DNA from: Corallococcus soli
GTDB taxonomy: Bacteria; Myxococcota; Myxococcia; Myxococcales; Myxococcaceae
Assembly (NCBI RefSeq): GCF_014930455.1
Contig: NZ_JAAIYO010000008.1
Span: forward strand, 32,367 to 96,366
Direction: 5' to 3'
DNA: 64,000 bases
A model generated the notes under the pieces. The model saw only the letters and a list, made by a program, of their open reading frames with translations. It did not search any database and had not been told where the DNA came from. Made by a program: the position numbers and the translations under genes. Below are positions 36,632-45,918 of this stretch, one piece after another (the stretch's first letter is position 1; each line of letters begins with the position of its first letter).

Positions 36632-37087
36632 TCAGAACAACTGCGGAGTTCCTCCGTCGATCGTCACCTCGCCTGCGTCATTCACGCTGATGACGCTTGA
36701 TGCGGACGCAGTGTCGAGATCCACCTGGACGCGTGTTTGGGTATCCGCTGGGATCTGCAGATCTACCGGCCCTTCAAAGGAGCCATCGCCAAGATGCGCC
36801 AGCCAGAGCGTCGTCGGTGTTGCAGGGGTCCCTCCAGCGAAGCGGCCGGCCGTGGTGGTGGCGTTCACCTGGACACTGCCGCGCAAGCAATTCGCCTGCA
36901 GTCGCACCGCTAGGGGAACCCCCCAGGTTCCACCATCAGCATCCGTCAGCGTAGCGTCGCCGCGCTGGCTGATCCCGAGGTCGGAGATGAAAGTCGGACT
37001 GACCGGATCACACTGCTCGGACGGCGCATCGGGCACGCAGGCCATGGCCAGGACGACTGGGAAGAGGGTTGCGAGCTTCGCTCTCAT
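36632..37087 (-). CDS. small secreted (lipo)protein, island cargo
   Basis: A strong AGGAGG RBS lies 7 nt upstream of ATG 37087. The signal peptide is MRAKLATLFPVVLAMAC. The start is 2 nt after the stop of the upstream 665-aa gene. GC is lower than the flanking chromosome. Confidence 0.55.
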   Translation of the reverse strand: MRAKLATLFPVVLAMACVPDAPSEQCDPVSPTFISDLGISQRGDATLTDADGGTWGVPLAVRLQANCLRGSVQVNATTTAGRFAGGTPATPTTLWLAHLGDGSFEGPVDLQIPADTQTRVQVDLDTASASSVISVNDAGEVTIDGGTPQLF

Positions 37088-37089
37088 AA

Positions 37090-39087
37090 TTAACCTCCTG
37101 AAACAATTCCAGTGGTGGGCGCAGATCTAGCTCCGGTGAACGTGTCTCCAACGCTCTTCACCGCCTCTCCGACCACGCCGAGATCGATACCGAAGCCGAG
37201 CGAGAACGCCGGGAGCCAAGTGATACGGCCGTTGTAGGCGGGCGAAGAACCAGATGATGGCACGGCTATGAGCGTTCCGGGTGCGATCCCGACAGGCACG
37301 GAGACGGAGCGCCAGGAGACTCCCGTGGAGATGAAGAGCCCACGAGCTCCCGGGAACTCGTAGATGACACGGCCTCCCCACTGCGAGAGAAATGCTGGCT
37401 GGCCACCCCGGAACAGCCCCCCCTCAAGAGCTAGGCCGACGCCTCGGATCCAAGGAGAATCCTTCCCCGCCAGCGGATATCCGATGAGCAGGGCCGAGAT
37501 GGTAACCTGCCGTGAGAAGTCCTCGGAGGGCTGCAGTTCATAAATCTTGTTCGGCCCGAGTCCGCCAGAGACCTGAACGAATTGATATCCCCCGTATGCG
37601 GCCTTGTCTGGATACAGCGGAACATCTACGGTCACCTCGGTACCCAGGCTGACATACGAATGGGTAAGAGCGCGAACGCGCAGGTCTGCAGTGATGGATT
37701 GAACGTCGGTCTTCTCGTCGCAGGCCGCGACATTCTGACATACCGCGAAGCGGTACTGCTTGTTTTCGCCCGCATCGTGAAGGAGCAACACCGTGCTGGT
37801 GTAGTCAAGCAGCGCAAACTTCGAGCTGATCTCCAGCGAAGAGACGACCACCTGTTTTGCCTCTGGGCTCAACGCATGAGGGTGGAGCGGAAGAGCAGGT
37901 GGCGCTGCGGGTGCTGGCAAGAACTCCGAGTGGTCCGCGAATTTCAAATGGAGCAATTCTCCTTGGAGCCCACGAAACGCGAGCGGTTCAAGCTCCGACA
38001 GTCCAGGGATTCCAAACGCGGTCGCAAGCTTGAGCCCGCCGGCAAGAGCCTGGGTCGCCGGGTTGAGCTTGATCGCGATGTCCTGGGTCGGTAGCGCGGA
38101 GAGTTTGTCTCCGGTGGCCGCTGCCGCCTTCGTAGCCTTCAGGTTGTGGCCATACACCACGAGGAGGTCCTTGCCGCTCGCGATGTCTTCCTTCATGACG
38201 CCAGTGTTCGTGGAGATCGCGATGACCTCCGAGTTGGCCGGAAGCGTGCCAATGAAGAGTGGTTGAGCGACTATCGTCGAGTAATGGCTCGCGAGGGCCT
38301 GCGCCATCTCAAGCTGGGGCGGTAAGAGAGCATCAATGGTGGCGGCGAGGGTGGGTGCCTGCTCGTCATTTCCGACAAGCAAGAGGTTCCACTCGGGCTC
38401 AGTCAATTCCGCATTAGGGAGTGTACGCTCGAAGGCCTCCCGCAGCTTCACATTGGAAAACTTCAAGCGTTGCGGAGAGCTTAGCCAAGACTTCAGCGGG
38501 TTCTTGTTGCTCGTGTATGTCGCCGCAGCGAGCCACTCGCGGACTATTCGGTGGGCCTCCGAACTCGCTTTGAAGTGCTCCGCGCTTTTCGCTGCATTGC
38601 CTGGTTTCTTGATGAATGTGCCCCACACTTGTAACTCGAAGAGGGCCGCTCCAGCCAAAGCAGCCTTCGCAGGGGGCGTCTTGTTGAGCTGCTTATTTAT
38701 CGAATGAATCGAGTATGCGGAGCCGGGCCTCAGTGACTTTAGACAAAGAGTCTGGCCTTTCGCCGCAACTTGGCCATGCAAGTCAATGTATTGGTTGTTC
38801 CAATCCTCATGGAGGCAGAAGGAGCCCTTTAAATGATCTGGTTTCACTATCGAGCTACCGTTGACTAGAAGAACAATCTGGGCTTCATCGCACGAAATTT
38901 TTTCTTTAGTCGGCTCGGGTTCAGCACAGGTGCCTCTTTTGAAGTCTGCAGCATCGGCAGGCTCAGGTTTTTCCATGAGCAGCTTGATTGTCAGGTCGAT
39001 GAACGATTCCTGCGCTAATGCGGATGCCGAGATCAAACATCCGGCAACGAACATCGCCGGCCATCCTCCGTGGGTATGCAGTCCCAT
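37090..39087 (-). CDS. large secreted hypothetical protein (665 aa) with Gly-rich beta-rich C-terminal region, island cargo
   Basis: An AGGAGGGAG RBS precedes ATG 39087. A signal-peptide-like N-terminus (AMFVAGCLISASALAQE) is present. A 110 aa Gly/Ser-rich C-terminus follows (GGLFRGGQPAFLSQWGGRVIYEFPGARGLFISTGVSWRSVSVPVGIAPG). TAA stop. Codon usage differs from neighbours. Confidence 0.6.
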   Translation of the reverse strand: MGLHTHGGWPAMFVAGCLISASALAQESFIDLTIKLLMEKPEPADAADFKRGTCAEPEPTKEKISCDEAQIVLLVNGSSIVKPDHLKGSFCLHEDWNNQYIDLHGQVAAKGQTLCLKSLRPGSAYSIHSINKQLNKTPPAKAALAGAALFELQVWGTFIKKPGNAAKSAEHFKASSEAHRIVREWLAAATYTSNKNPLKSWLSSPQRLKFSNVKLREAFERTLPNAELTEPEWNLLLVGNDEQAPTLAATIDALLPPQLEMAQALASHYSTIVAQPLFIGTLPANSEVIAISTNTGVMKEDIASGKDLLVVYGHNLKATKAAAATGDKLSALPTQDIAIKLNPATQALAGGLKLATAFGIPGLSELEPLAFRGLQGELLHLKFADHSEFLPAPAAPPALPLHPHALSPEAKQVVVSSLEISSKFALLDYTSTVLLLHDAGENKQYRFAVCQNVAACDEKTDVQSITADLRVRALTHSYVSLGTEVTVDVPLYPDKAAYGGYQFVQVSGGLGPNKIYELQPSEDFSRQVTISALLIGYPLAGKDSPWIRGVGLALEGGLFRGGQPAFLSQWGGRVIYEFPGARGLFISTGVSWRSVSVPVGIAPGTLIAVPSSGSSPAYNGRITWLPAFSLGFGIDLGVVGEAVKSVGDTFTGARSAPTTGIVSGG

Positions 39088-39329
39088 GGTGCTCCCTCCT
39101 GGGTAGGACTTTGAGGGAGGTCGGCGACTGGCGCAAGTGTTTGAGAAGTGTTCCCGACTTTGGGGCCCATCCAGGAGTATCGCGTCGCAGGTTCAACGGT
39201 GCGCAGGGTGCAGAGTGTTTCGACATCGTGGACGGAATCCGCCAGAAACGCATTCCATGCCTTCAGCCTGGACTGCTGCGACCGCGAGGCCATCGCCTTC
39301 CAAACTGCCGCCCAGCCACCTGACGCGCT

Positions 39330-39690
39330 CACCATTCATCGAGACGCTTGAGGCCCGCTTTGGACCGGGCACCGCCAAGGCGCCACACCCGGTGGAGTGG
39401 CTGTCGGACAACGGCCCCGTCTACACCGCCAAGGACACCCGCGACTTCGGCTTGGCTCTCGGCCGGCGGGAGTGCACCACGCCCTCCTACTCCCCCCAGA
39501 GCAACGGCATGGCCGAGACCTTCGCGAAGACTTTCAAGCGCAACTACGTATACGTCAACGAGCTGCGCTCGGCCGCCCATGTCCTGACGCAGCTGCCCGC
39601 CTAGTTCGACGACTGCAACCGCTGCCACCCTCACCGGGACCTCAAAATGAAGTCACCCCGCGAGTTCCGTACTGCTAACTCCAACCTTGA
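39330..39690 (+). pseudogene. IS3-family transposase OrfB (DDE integrase core) C-terminal fragment with internal stop
   Basis: PHPVEWLSDNGPVYTAKDTRDFGLALGRRECTTPSYSPQSNGMAETFAKTFKRNYVY...ELRSAAHVLTQLPA*FDDCNRCHPHRDLKMKSPREF matches the IS3 OrfB pattern HSDRGSQYTS...GIxxSMSRxGNxxDNAxxESFFxTLK...YNxxRPHSALGYxSPxEF. An in-frame TAG lies at 39601. Confidence 0.7.
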
Positions 39691-39835
39691 CCTGTCCGAT
39701 TTGACGAGGGCAGCTCCGGGCGAGGTGAACGCCTACCTGAGAGCTCGGAACGCTCAGGCCACTTTCAAGCCACTGCTGCGCGCCGTCACCACGCTGCGCG
39801 CAGCATGAGCCCCATCAAGAATCGCGAGCGATTGT

Positions 39836-41431
39836 TTAGGCGTGTGCCGTGTCTCTCTTCGCGGGGACTTCCCCGCGCAGCTCCGCCACCTCCGCGCGCA
39901 GGAGCCAGTCCGACGGGAAGTCGGAGGACGCGCGAGCAATCTGCTCCAGCCGCTCCGCCGCGAGCTGCCCCGTCTCACGGAGGCGGCGCACCTCCGTGTA
40001 GAGCGCCGCCAGGGAGGGATGCAGCGCCTGCGCCTTGCGCTCGCGGGCCTGCGCCTCGCCGTCGCCCGCGGTGAAGGCGTTCATCTCCCCGAACCACTTG
40101 TCCCACGCGCCCGGATCCGCGGGGCCGCCCGCCACCGACGGCAGCCGCTCCGTCAGGTACAGCCGCGCCATCGACGGCAGCTCCAGCGGCTGGCCCGCGA
40201 GCGTCCCGCTCAGGGCAATCACCTCGCCGCCGCCCACCGCGAAGCCCTCCAGCACCAGCCCGCTGTCCAGGGCCAGCCGGAAGTTCCCGCGCTCCGGCAG
40301 GGCGCCCTTCCCAAAGGCCACCAGCGCCGCGCCGCTGAACGGCTTGTCCAGCGCCTGCCCGTCACGCGACGTGAGGATGGGGCCCTCCAGCCGCGCCATC
40401 GCGGTGGACAGGCCCTGGGCCACCTCACCGGCGGCCGGCAGCAGCTCCACCACCTTGCCCGTCACCTCGCGACCGTCCGCGAGCACCAGGTGGTTCACCG
40501 TGCGCGCTCGCAGCGCCTCGTTCAGTCCCAGGTCCCCACCGCGCTTCCACGCGAGCGTGGACTCGAACTCCGCCAGCACCTCGAACAGGTGCTCGAAGTC
40601 GCGCGCCACGAAGAGCTGCGGCTGCATGCGGGTGATGTCGTAGTCCATGTCCGCGCACGCCACGCCCAGGGGCAGCTTGTGCACCGCGGACGTCAGACAG
40701 TGCTTCGCCTCGCCGATGCTGGACAGCAGGCCCGCGCCGTAGATGCGCGGACGCTCCAGGTCGCCCACGAGCCCGTACTCCGCCGTCCACCAGTACAGGC
40801 GGCTCGCGCGGGTGCTCTCGCTGATGTAGCGGTGGCTCTCATTGGCGGCCTCCAGGCGGGCCTGGGCGTGCGCGATCTCCTCCTCGCTCGCCGTGGGGTC
40901 CTCCTTCACCACCGACAGGTTGCGGATGGCCTCGAAGACGGCCTGGTCCTCCACGCTCGCGATGGCCTTGAACCCCACCAGCCCCACCGCCTTGAGGTAC
41001 TCCGCGTACCGGCGGTTCGCGATGATGGGCGCGTGCCCCGCGCTCTCATGGACGATGTCCGGCGCGGGCGTGTACTGGATGTGCTCGTGCGTGCGGATGT
41101 CCGCCGCGATGGCCAGCACGCCCAGCGCCTGCAGCTCCGTGAAGACCGCCGGGGGGATGAAGCCGCGCACCGCCACGCAGGACCAGCCCAGCTTCGACAG
41201 CTTCTCGTTCATCTCATCCAGGCTGGGGATGGCCTCCGCGCCAATGCCCGTGGCCTCCAGGCCCTCCAGGTAGACGGGGTGCGCCTTGTCCCGCAGGTGG
41301 TCCCGGAGCTGCCCCAGGATGTGCCGCCACACCGCCTGGTCGCGGGGCGTGTAGGCCGCGTAGTCCTGCGACACCACGTAGCGGCGCAGGTGGGCGGGCA
41401 GGCGGGCAATCGTCCGTTCCGTGGGGGTCAT
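39836..41431 (-). CDS. phhA: phenylalanine-4-hydroxylase-like aromatic amino acid hydroxylase with about 240 aa C-terminal extension
   Basis: The catalytic core carries YTPAPDIVHESAGHAPII (consensus YTPEPDxxHEllGHvPll) and the second iron His region. An AAGGAG RBS is 8 nt upstream of ATG 41431. The C-terminal 240 aa have no recognised domain. Confidence 0.8.
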   Translation of the reverse strand: MTPTERTIARLPAHLRRYVVSQDYAAYTPRDQAVWRHILGQLRDHLRDKAHPVYLEGLEATGIGAEAIPSLDEMNEKLSKLGWSCVAVRGFIPPAVFTELQALGVLAIAADIRTHEHIQYTPAPDIVHESAGHAPIIANRRYAEYLKAVGLVGFKAIASVEDQAVFEAIRNLSVVKEDPTASEEEIAHAQARLEAANESHRYISESTRASRLYWWTAEYGLVGDLERPRIYGAGLLSSIGEAKHCLTSAVHKLPLGVACADMDYDITRMQPQLFVARDFEHLFEVLAEFESTLAWKRGGDLGLNEALRARTVNHLVLADGREVTGKVVELLPAAGEVAQGLSTAMARLEGPILTSRDGQALDKPFSGAALVAFGKGALPERGNFRLALDSGLVLEGFAVGGGEVIALSGTLAGQPLELPSMARLYLTERLPSVAGGPADPGAWDKWFGEMNAFTAGDGEAQARERKAQALHPSLAALYTEVRRLRETGQLAAERLEQIARASSDFPSDWLLRAEVAELRGEVPAKRDTAHA

Positions 41432-41523
41432 CTCGGAGGCTCCTTCAAGAGAAACAGGACGCCTGGAAGATACCCACCTCAGCGGCGGACGGAAATCCGG
41501 CAGAAATCGACGTCTTCGACGGA

Positions 41524-42444
41524 TTATCGCCGTTTGCGGAGGCGACGTCGCAGGCCGTCCAGGACGGCGTGGGCGCCGGGGCTGAGGCCGCCGGAGGGCC
41601 ACAGGGCGACCACCTCCACGACCTGGGGTTCCGCCTCGCGCAGGGGCCAGACGTGGATGTCGGAGGGGAACGGCTGGGTGGGGCGCACGTCGGGGGCGAT
41701 GGCGCAGGCGCGGTAGGCGCGCAGCAGCTCGTAGAGGTGGAGGAAGCTCTCCACGCGGCCCACCTCGTCCACCTTGACCCCCTGGGCTGCGAAGCGCGCG
41801 CTGTTGGCGCCGCCGTACGGGTCGTCTCGCAACCAGTCCACGAAGCGTTGACCCTGCAGGTCCTTCACATCCAGCGCGCGCCGGGACGCCTGTTCGCGCA
41901 CCAGCGCGGAGTCCGGTCCGGCGAGCACCACGAAGGACATGCGCAGCAGGGATTCAGAGTCCACGCCGTCGTGCGGGGGCAGGGGGGTGAAGTCCAGCAC
42001 CAGGTCCTGCTGCCGCGTCTGCACCTGCCGCACCAGCTCGTGCGAGCCGCCGAAGCCCACCACCAGCTTGAGGTCGGTGGCGGCCGCGTCCTGCGCGATG
42101 CCGCCCAGCAGCGACATGGACAGGGTGGGGTTGAGCCCCAGGCGCAGGGTGGGCTCCACGCGGGCCAGGTCCATGAGCCGCTTCATGTCCAACTGGTGCA
42201 GCGGCGTCTGGGTGCCCGCGTAGAGGCGCTCGCCGCGCGCGGACAGTTGCAGCCTGCGGCCCGGGCCGCGCTCCAGCAGGGCGGCGCCATCCGCCAGGGC
42301 CTCCTCCAGGGCGCGGATGTGTTCGCTCACCACGGAGCGGGCGACGCCCAGGTGCTCCGCGGCGGCGTCGATGCTGCCCGCCTCCACGGCGGCGGTGAAG
42401 GACTCCAGCCAGACCAGGTGTCGCAGCAGCTTGCGCGGGGGCAT
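41524..42444 (-). CDS. LysR-family transcriptional regulator
   Basis: The N-terminal HTH is LRHLVWLESFTAAVEAGSIDAAAEHLGVARSVVSEHIRALEEAL. A LysR substrate-binding domain follows. It lies immediately upstream of phhA in the same orientation. Confidence 0.8.
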   Translation of the reverse strand: MPPRKLLRHLVWLESFTAAVEAGSIDAAAEHLGVARSVVSEHIRALEEALADGAALLERGPGRRLQLSARGERLYAGTQTPLHQLDMKRLMDLARVEPTLRLGLNPTLSMSLLGGIAQDAAATDLKLVVGFGGSHELVRQVQTRQQDLVLDFTPLPPHDGVDSESLLRMSFVVLAGPDSALVREQASRRALDVKDLQGQRFVDWLRDDPYGGANSARFAAQGVKVDEVGRVESFLHLYELLRAYRACAIAPDVRPTQPFPSDIHVWPLREAEPQVVEVVALWPSGGLSPGAHAVLDGLRRRLRKRR

Positions 42445-42493
42445 GAGGGCCTTGTTCCTGGCGCACCCATGCGCCCCGGGGTGGGTCCGACGG

Positions 42494-43315
42494 TCAGATG
42501 AAGTAGTCGGGGAACAGCTCCGCGCCGGGCACGGACTGGTACTTGTCGAAGTTCGTGACGCCCACGCCGCGCAGCACGTCCTCGTCGATGCAGAAGTTGC
42601 CGGTGAAGGAGCGGCTGGGCTTGGTGAGGATGGCGTGGGCCGCGTCCGCCATGATCTCCGGCGAGCGGCTGCCCTTGATGGTCTCATCGCCGCCCAGCAG
42701 GTTCTGCACGGCGGCGGTGGCGATGACGGTGCGGGGCCAGAGGGCGTTGACGGCGATGCCCTCGTCCTTGAACTCCTCCGCCATGCCGAGCACGCACATG
42801 CTCATGCCGAACTTCGCCATGGTGTAGGCGACGTGGGGGCCGAACCAGCGCGCCTCCATGTTGAGCGGCGGCGAGTTGTTGAGGATGTGCGGGTTGGAGG
42901 ACTTCTTGAGGTACGGCAGGCACGCCTGCGAGCACGCGAAGGTGCCGCGCGTGTTGATGCCGTGCATCAGGTCGAAGCGCTTGAGCGGCGTCTCCAGCGT
43001 GCCGGTGAGGCTGATGGCGCTGGCGTTGTTCACCAGGATGTCGATGCCGCCGAAGGTCTCCACCGCCTTGGCCACGGCCGCGTGGATCTGCGCCTCGTCG
43101 CGGATGTCCACCACGCAGGGCAGCGCCTTGCCGCCGGCCGCTTCAATCTCCTTCGCGGCCGTGTAGATGGTGCCGGGCAGCTTGGGGTGCGGGTCGGTGG
43201 TCTTCGCCGCGATGATGATGTTGGCGCCGTCCCGGGCCGCGCGCAGCGCGATGGCCAGGCCGATGCCACGGCTGGCGCCGGTGATGAAGAGGGTCTTGCC
43301 TTGGAGGGTGGACAT
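42494..43315 (-). CDS. short-chain dehydrogenase/reductase (SDR)
   Basis: TGASRGIG is present as LFITGASRGIGLAIA. The active-site YxxxK is YTMAK. NNAS is present. Confidence 0.8.
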   Translation of the reverse strand: MSTLQGKTLFITGASRGIGLAIALRAARDGANIIIAAKTTDPHPKLPGTIYTAAKEIEAAGGKALPCVVDIRDEAQIHAAVAKAVETFGGIDILVNNASAISLTGTLETPLKRFDLMHGINTRGTFACSQACLPYLKKSSNPHILNNSPPLNMEARWFGPHVAYTMAKFGMSMCVLGMAEEFKDEGIAVNALWPRTVIATAAVQNLLGGDETIKGSRSPEIMADAAHAILTKPSRSFTGNFCIDEDVLRGVGVTNFDKYQSVPGAELFPDYFI

Positions 43316-43427
43316 GGGCCGCATCCTCGCTGATTCGAGGCAGGCCGCAATGCCCGTCGTCGCTGGCGTGGGACCACCGGACAACCACGTCCGCGCGCAA
43401 GGCTGGCGCGCGGACGTGGTGCTGCCA

Positions 43428-45758
43428 TCAGGGCGTGTAGAGGAGCGCCGCGTTCAGATAGACGCCCCTGTCGCGGTCATACCCGGCGGCGAAGAGGACC
43501 TTGCCTGAAGCCAGGACGCTGGCGGCCATCAGGTATCGCGAGGTGGGCATGCTGGTCGTGAAGGCGGTCTTTCCGGTGGCGGGGTCGAAGAGCTCGGCGG
43601 TCAGGCTGATGCTCGTCGTGCCACCCGTCGCCATGAGCTTGCCGGAGGCGAGCTGGACCAGGGTCCCGTGGCTGCGCGCATGGGTGAAGGAGCCCAGCGG
43701 GGCCTGCACATTGAGCGCCGGGTCATAGACGGCGATGAGCGTCCCCGCGACCATCATCACCTTGCCTGACGGGAGCAGGAAGGCGTGCGTCCAGCCCGTG
43801 CCGGTGACGCCGGTGGCGGGGGTCCAGGTGTTCGCGCTGGGATCGTAGAGCTCCGCGGCCAGGCCACCGCCCACGATGAGGACCTTTCCGGAGGGCAGCA
43901 GCACCGCGGCGTGTCCCTCGCGGCTGCCCGGAGCCGCGTTGGCCATGGGCGTCCAGGTGTTGGCCGCGGGGTCGTAGAGTTCCGGGATGCGGACGCTCGT
44001 CGCGTCCCCGGTGAGGTTCCCACCGACGACCAGGACCTTGCCGGAGGGCAGCAGGGTCGCGGTATGGGTGGTGCGGACGAACGTCATGGAGGCCGCCGCC
44101 GTCCAGGTGTTGGTCGCGGGATCGTAGAGGTCCACGCTCTTGAGGGGAACGTTGGTGTTGGTGGCCGCCCATCCGCCCGTCACCAGCACCTTGCCCGAGG
44201 GCAGCACCGTCATGGCCGGCGCTACGCGGCCCACGCTCATGTTTCCAGCCGAGGTCCAGCTCGCCGTGTCGGGAGAATAGAGCTCCGCCGACGCGAAGCC
44301 GGCGCTCCCGGTGCTTCCTCCCACCACCAGGACCTTCCCGGAAGGAAGGGTGACCGAGCTTGCATGGTAGCGGGGCGTCAACAGGTTGCCCGTGCCCTCC
44401 CACTGTCCCGAGTTCTCCGGCGCGCAGTCCGGAGCGCCCAGGACCGCGACGCTGAACGTCGTCGACGCGGAGAAGCCCTTCGCGTTGGTGACGGTGGCGG
44501 TGACGGACGGCGCCGCGCCCGACGGGGCGCACGCGGGCGCCTTCCAGGAGTTCTCGCTGGAGGTGAACCCGGACGTGGCGGTGCCCAGCGTGCCGGTGCT
44601 CGCGGCCCACGCGAAGGTGAGCGCGCTGCCATCCCCGTCCTCCGCCAGGACGCGGAACGTCACCGTGCCGCCGCCGTTCACGGAGGAGGCGCTCTGGTTG
44701 GCGAGCACGATGCGCGGAGGCACGCTGGCCCCCGTGCCCGGCCCCACGCAGACGCGCAGCGTGCCCTGTGACTGGCCACCCTTCGGATCCTTCGCGGTGA
44801 CGGTGAGCGCACAGCTTCCGCAGTCCCCGGTGGGCACGGCGCTCGGCGTGAACGTCGCGACGCTGGAGGTGGCCTGGGTCCAGGTTCCCGGGCAGGACGC
44901 AGACCACTGGTAGGAGAGCGTGTCACCGTCGCCGTCCGAGGCCTGGGCGGTGACGACCGTGCCCTGGCCCACGGGGACCGGCGAGCGCGAGGCCGTGATG
45001 CGCTGGACCGAGGGCGACGTGTTGAAGGAGACCGTCACCGCCGCCGCGCCGGAGCCCGCGCCGCCATCCGTGGAGACGACCGTGATGTCCACGCGGAGGG
45101 TGGACGCGGCGCCGCGCGAATCCGTGACGATCAACGTCAGCGCGTAGCTGCCCGCGGTGGTGGGGGCCGTCCACGTCGTCGAGCCCGAGCCCGGCGAGCC
45201 GAACGTGCCGTCCGTCGTCGTCCAGGCGAAGGCGATCGTGTCGGACGCGTCCGGATCATGCGCGGTGGCCTGCAGGGAGAGCGTGCCTCCGGGCAGCACG
45301 GAGCTGGAGGACGCCACCAGGGAGTCGATGATGGGCGCGGTGTTGTCGAAGGTGCCTCCGCTCTGGAGCGACTGGAGCGTGATGGCGACCATCGCCGTGC
45401 TCCCCGACGTGATGGCGACGCCCGTGGCCTGCCCGCGATAGCGCAGCGAACCATCCGAGGCGAAGGCCTCCGCCGTGAACGTCCGGTTCGTGCCCACGGG
45501 GATCTGGTAGATCGCCCCGCTCCACGCCCCTTCCGCGCGTGTCAGCACCGTGGTGGAGGTGGGGACGCCACTGGCGGTCAACGTGACGGTCACCCGGCTC
45601 ACTTCGTCGCCAGCCAGGGCCTGGGGGACTGAAGCGAGGAAGGTCACGTCGCCGGTCTCAAGGGACTCCGCTCCGGGGGAGCCACAGCCGGAAAGCGTCA
45701 CTGCCGCCGCGAGCACAAGGCACACGAGTGCCCTGGACACACTGTCTTGTCTTTGCAT
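43428..45758 (-). CDS. lipoprotein with Ig-like/PKD-like domains and C-terminal Kelch-type beta-propeller
   Basis: The lipobox is VTLSGC. Repeated about 90-aa beta-sandwich units carry conserved W...A.D.DGD motifs. Six Kelch blades follow with LPSGKVLVVGG / ELYDPATNTWT signatures. Confidence 0.7.
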   Translation of the reverse strand: MQRQDSVSRALVCLVLAAAVTLSGCGSPGAESLETGDVTFLASVPQALAGDEVSRVTVTLTASGVPTSTTVLTRAEGAWSGAIYQIPVGTNRTFTAEAFASDGSLRYRGQATGVAITSGSTAMVAITLQSLQSGGTFDNTAPIIDSLVASSSSVLPGGTLSLQATAHDPDASDTIAFAWTTTDGTFGSPGSGSTTWTAPTTAGSYALTLIVTDSRGAASTLRVDITVVSTDGGAGSGAAAVTVSFNTSPSVQRITASRSPVPVGQGTVVTAQASDGDGDTLSYQWSASCPGTWTQATSSVATFTPSAVPTGDCGSCALTVTAKDPKGGQSQGTLRVCVGPGTGASVPPRIVLANQSASSVNGGGTVTFRVLAEDGDGSALTFAWAASTGTLGTATSGFTSSENSWKAPACAPSGAAPSVTATVTNAKGFSASTTFSVAVLGAPDCAPENSGQWEGTGNLLTPRYHASSVTLPSGKVLVVGGSTGSAGFASAELYSPDTASWTSAGNMSVGRVAPAMTVLPSGKVLVTGGWAATNTNVPLKSVDLYDPATNTWTAAASMTFVRTTHTATLLPSGKVLVVGGNLTGDATSVRIPELYDPAANTWTPMANAAPGSREGHAAVLLPSGKVLIVGGGLAAELYDPSANTWTPATGVTGTGWTHAFLLPSGKVMMVAGTLIAVYDPALNVQAPLGSFTHARSHGTLVQLASGKLMATGGTTSISLTAELFDPATGKTAFTTSMPTSRYLMAASVLASGKVLFAAGYDRDRGVYLNAALLYTP

Positions 45759-45918
45759 GAAATTCTTTCAGGGAAGGGGTTGGGAGTGGATGATTGGTTT
45801 ATCAGAATGCTGAGATGTTTGTAGATGGGTCCTCCAGCTCTCGGAGTCTGTCCAAACCCTTTCAGGGGTCGGTGATTACCCTGGACGTCGGGTGGGGGGG
45901 CGCTACGCTCCAGCACCC

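Larger units (their letters stand above)
36011..39690. mobile_element. composite insertion-sequence scar (IS5-, IS3-, IS30-like fragments) enclosing a lower-GC two-gene cargo island
   Basis: Three unrelated transposase fragments lie at the left edge and an IS3 OrfB C-terminal fragment at the right edge. The interior (36.5-39.3 kb) is visibly lower in GC, with AT-rich stretches such as TCATAATTAACCTCCTGAAACAATTCC and CTTATTTATCGAATGAATCG, and it uses TAA stops. Confidence 0.55.
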
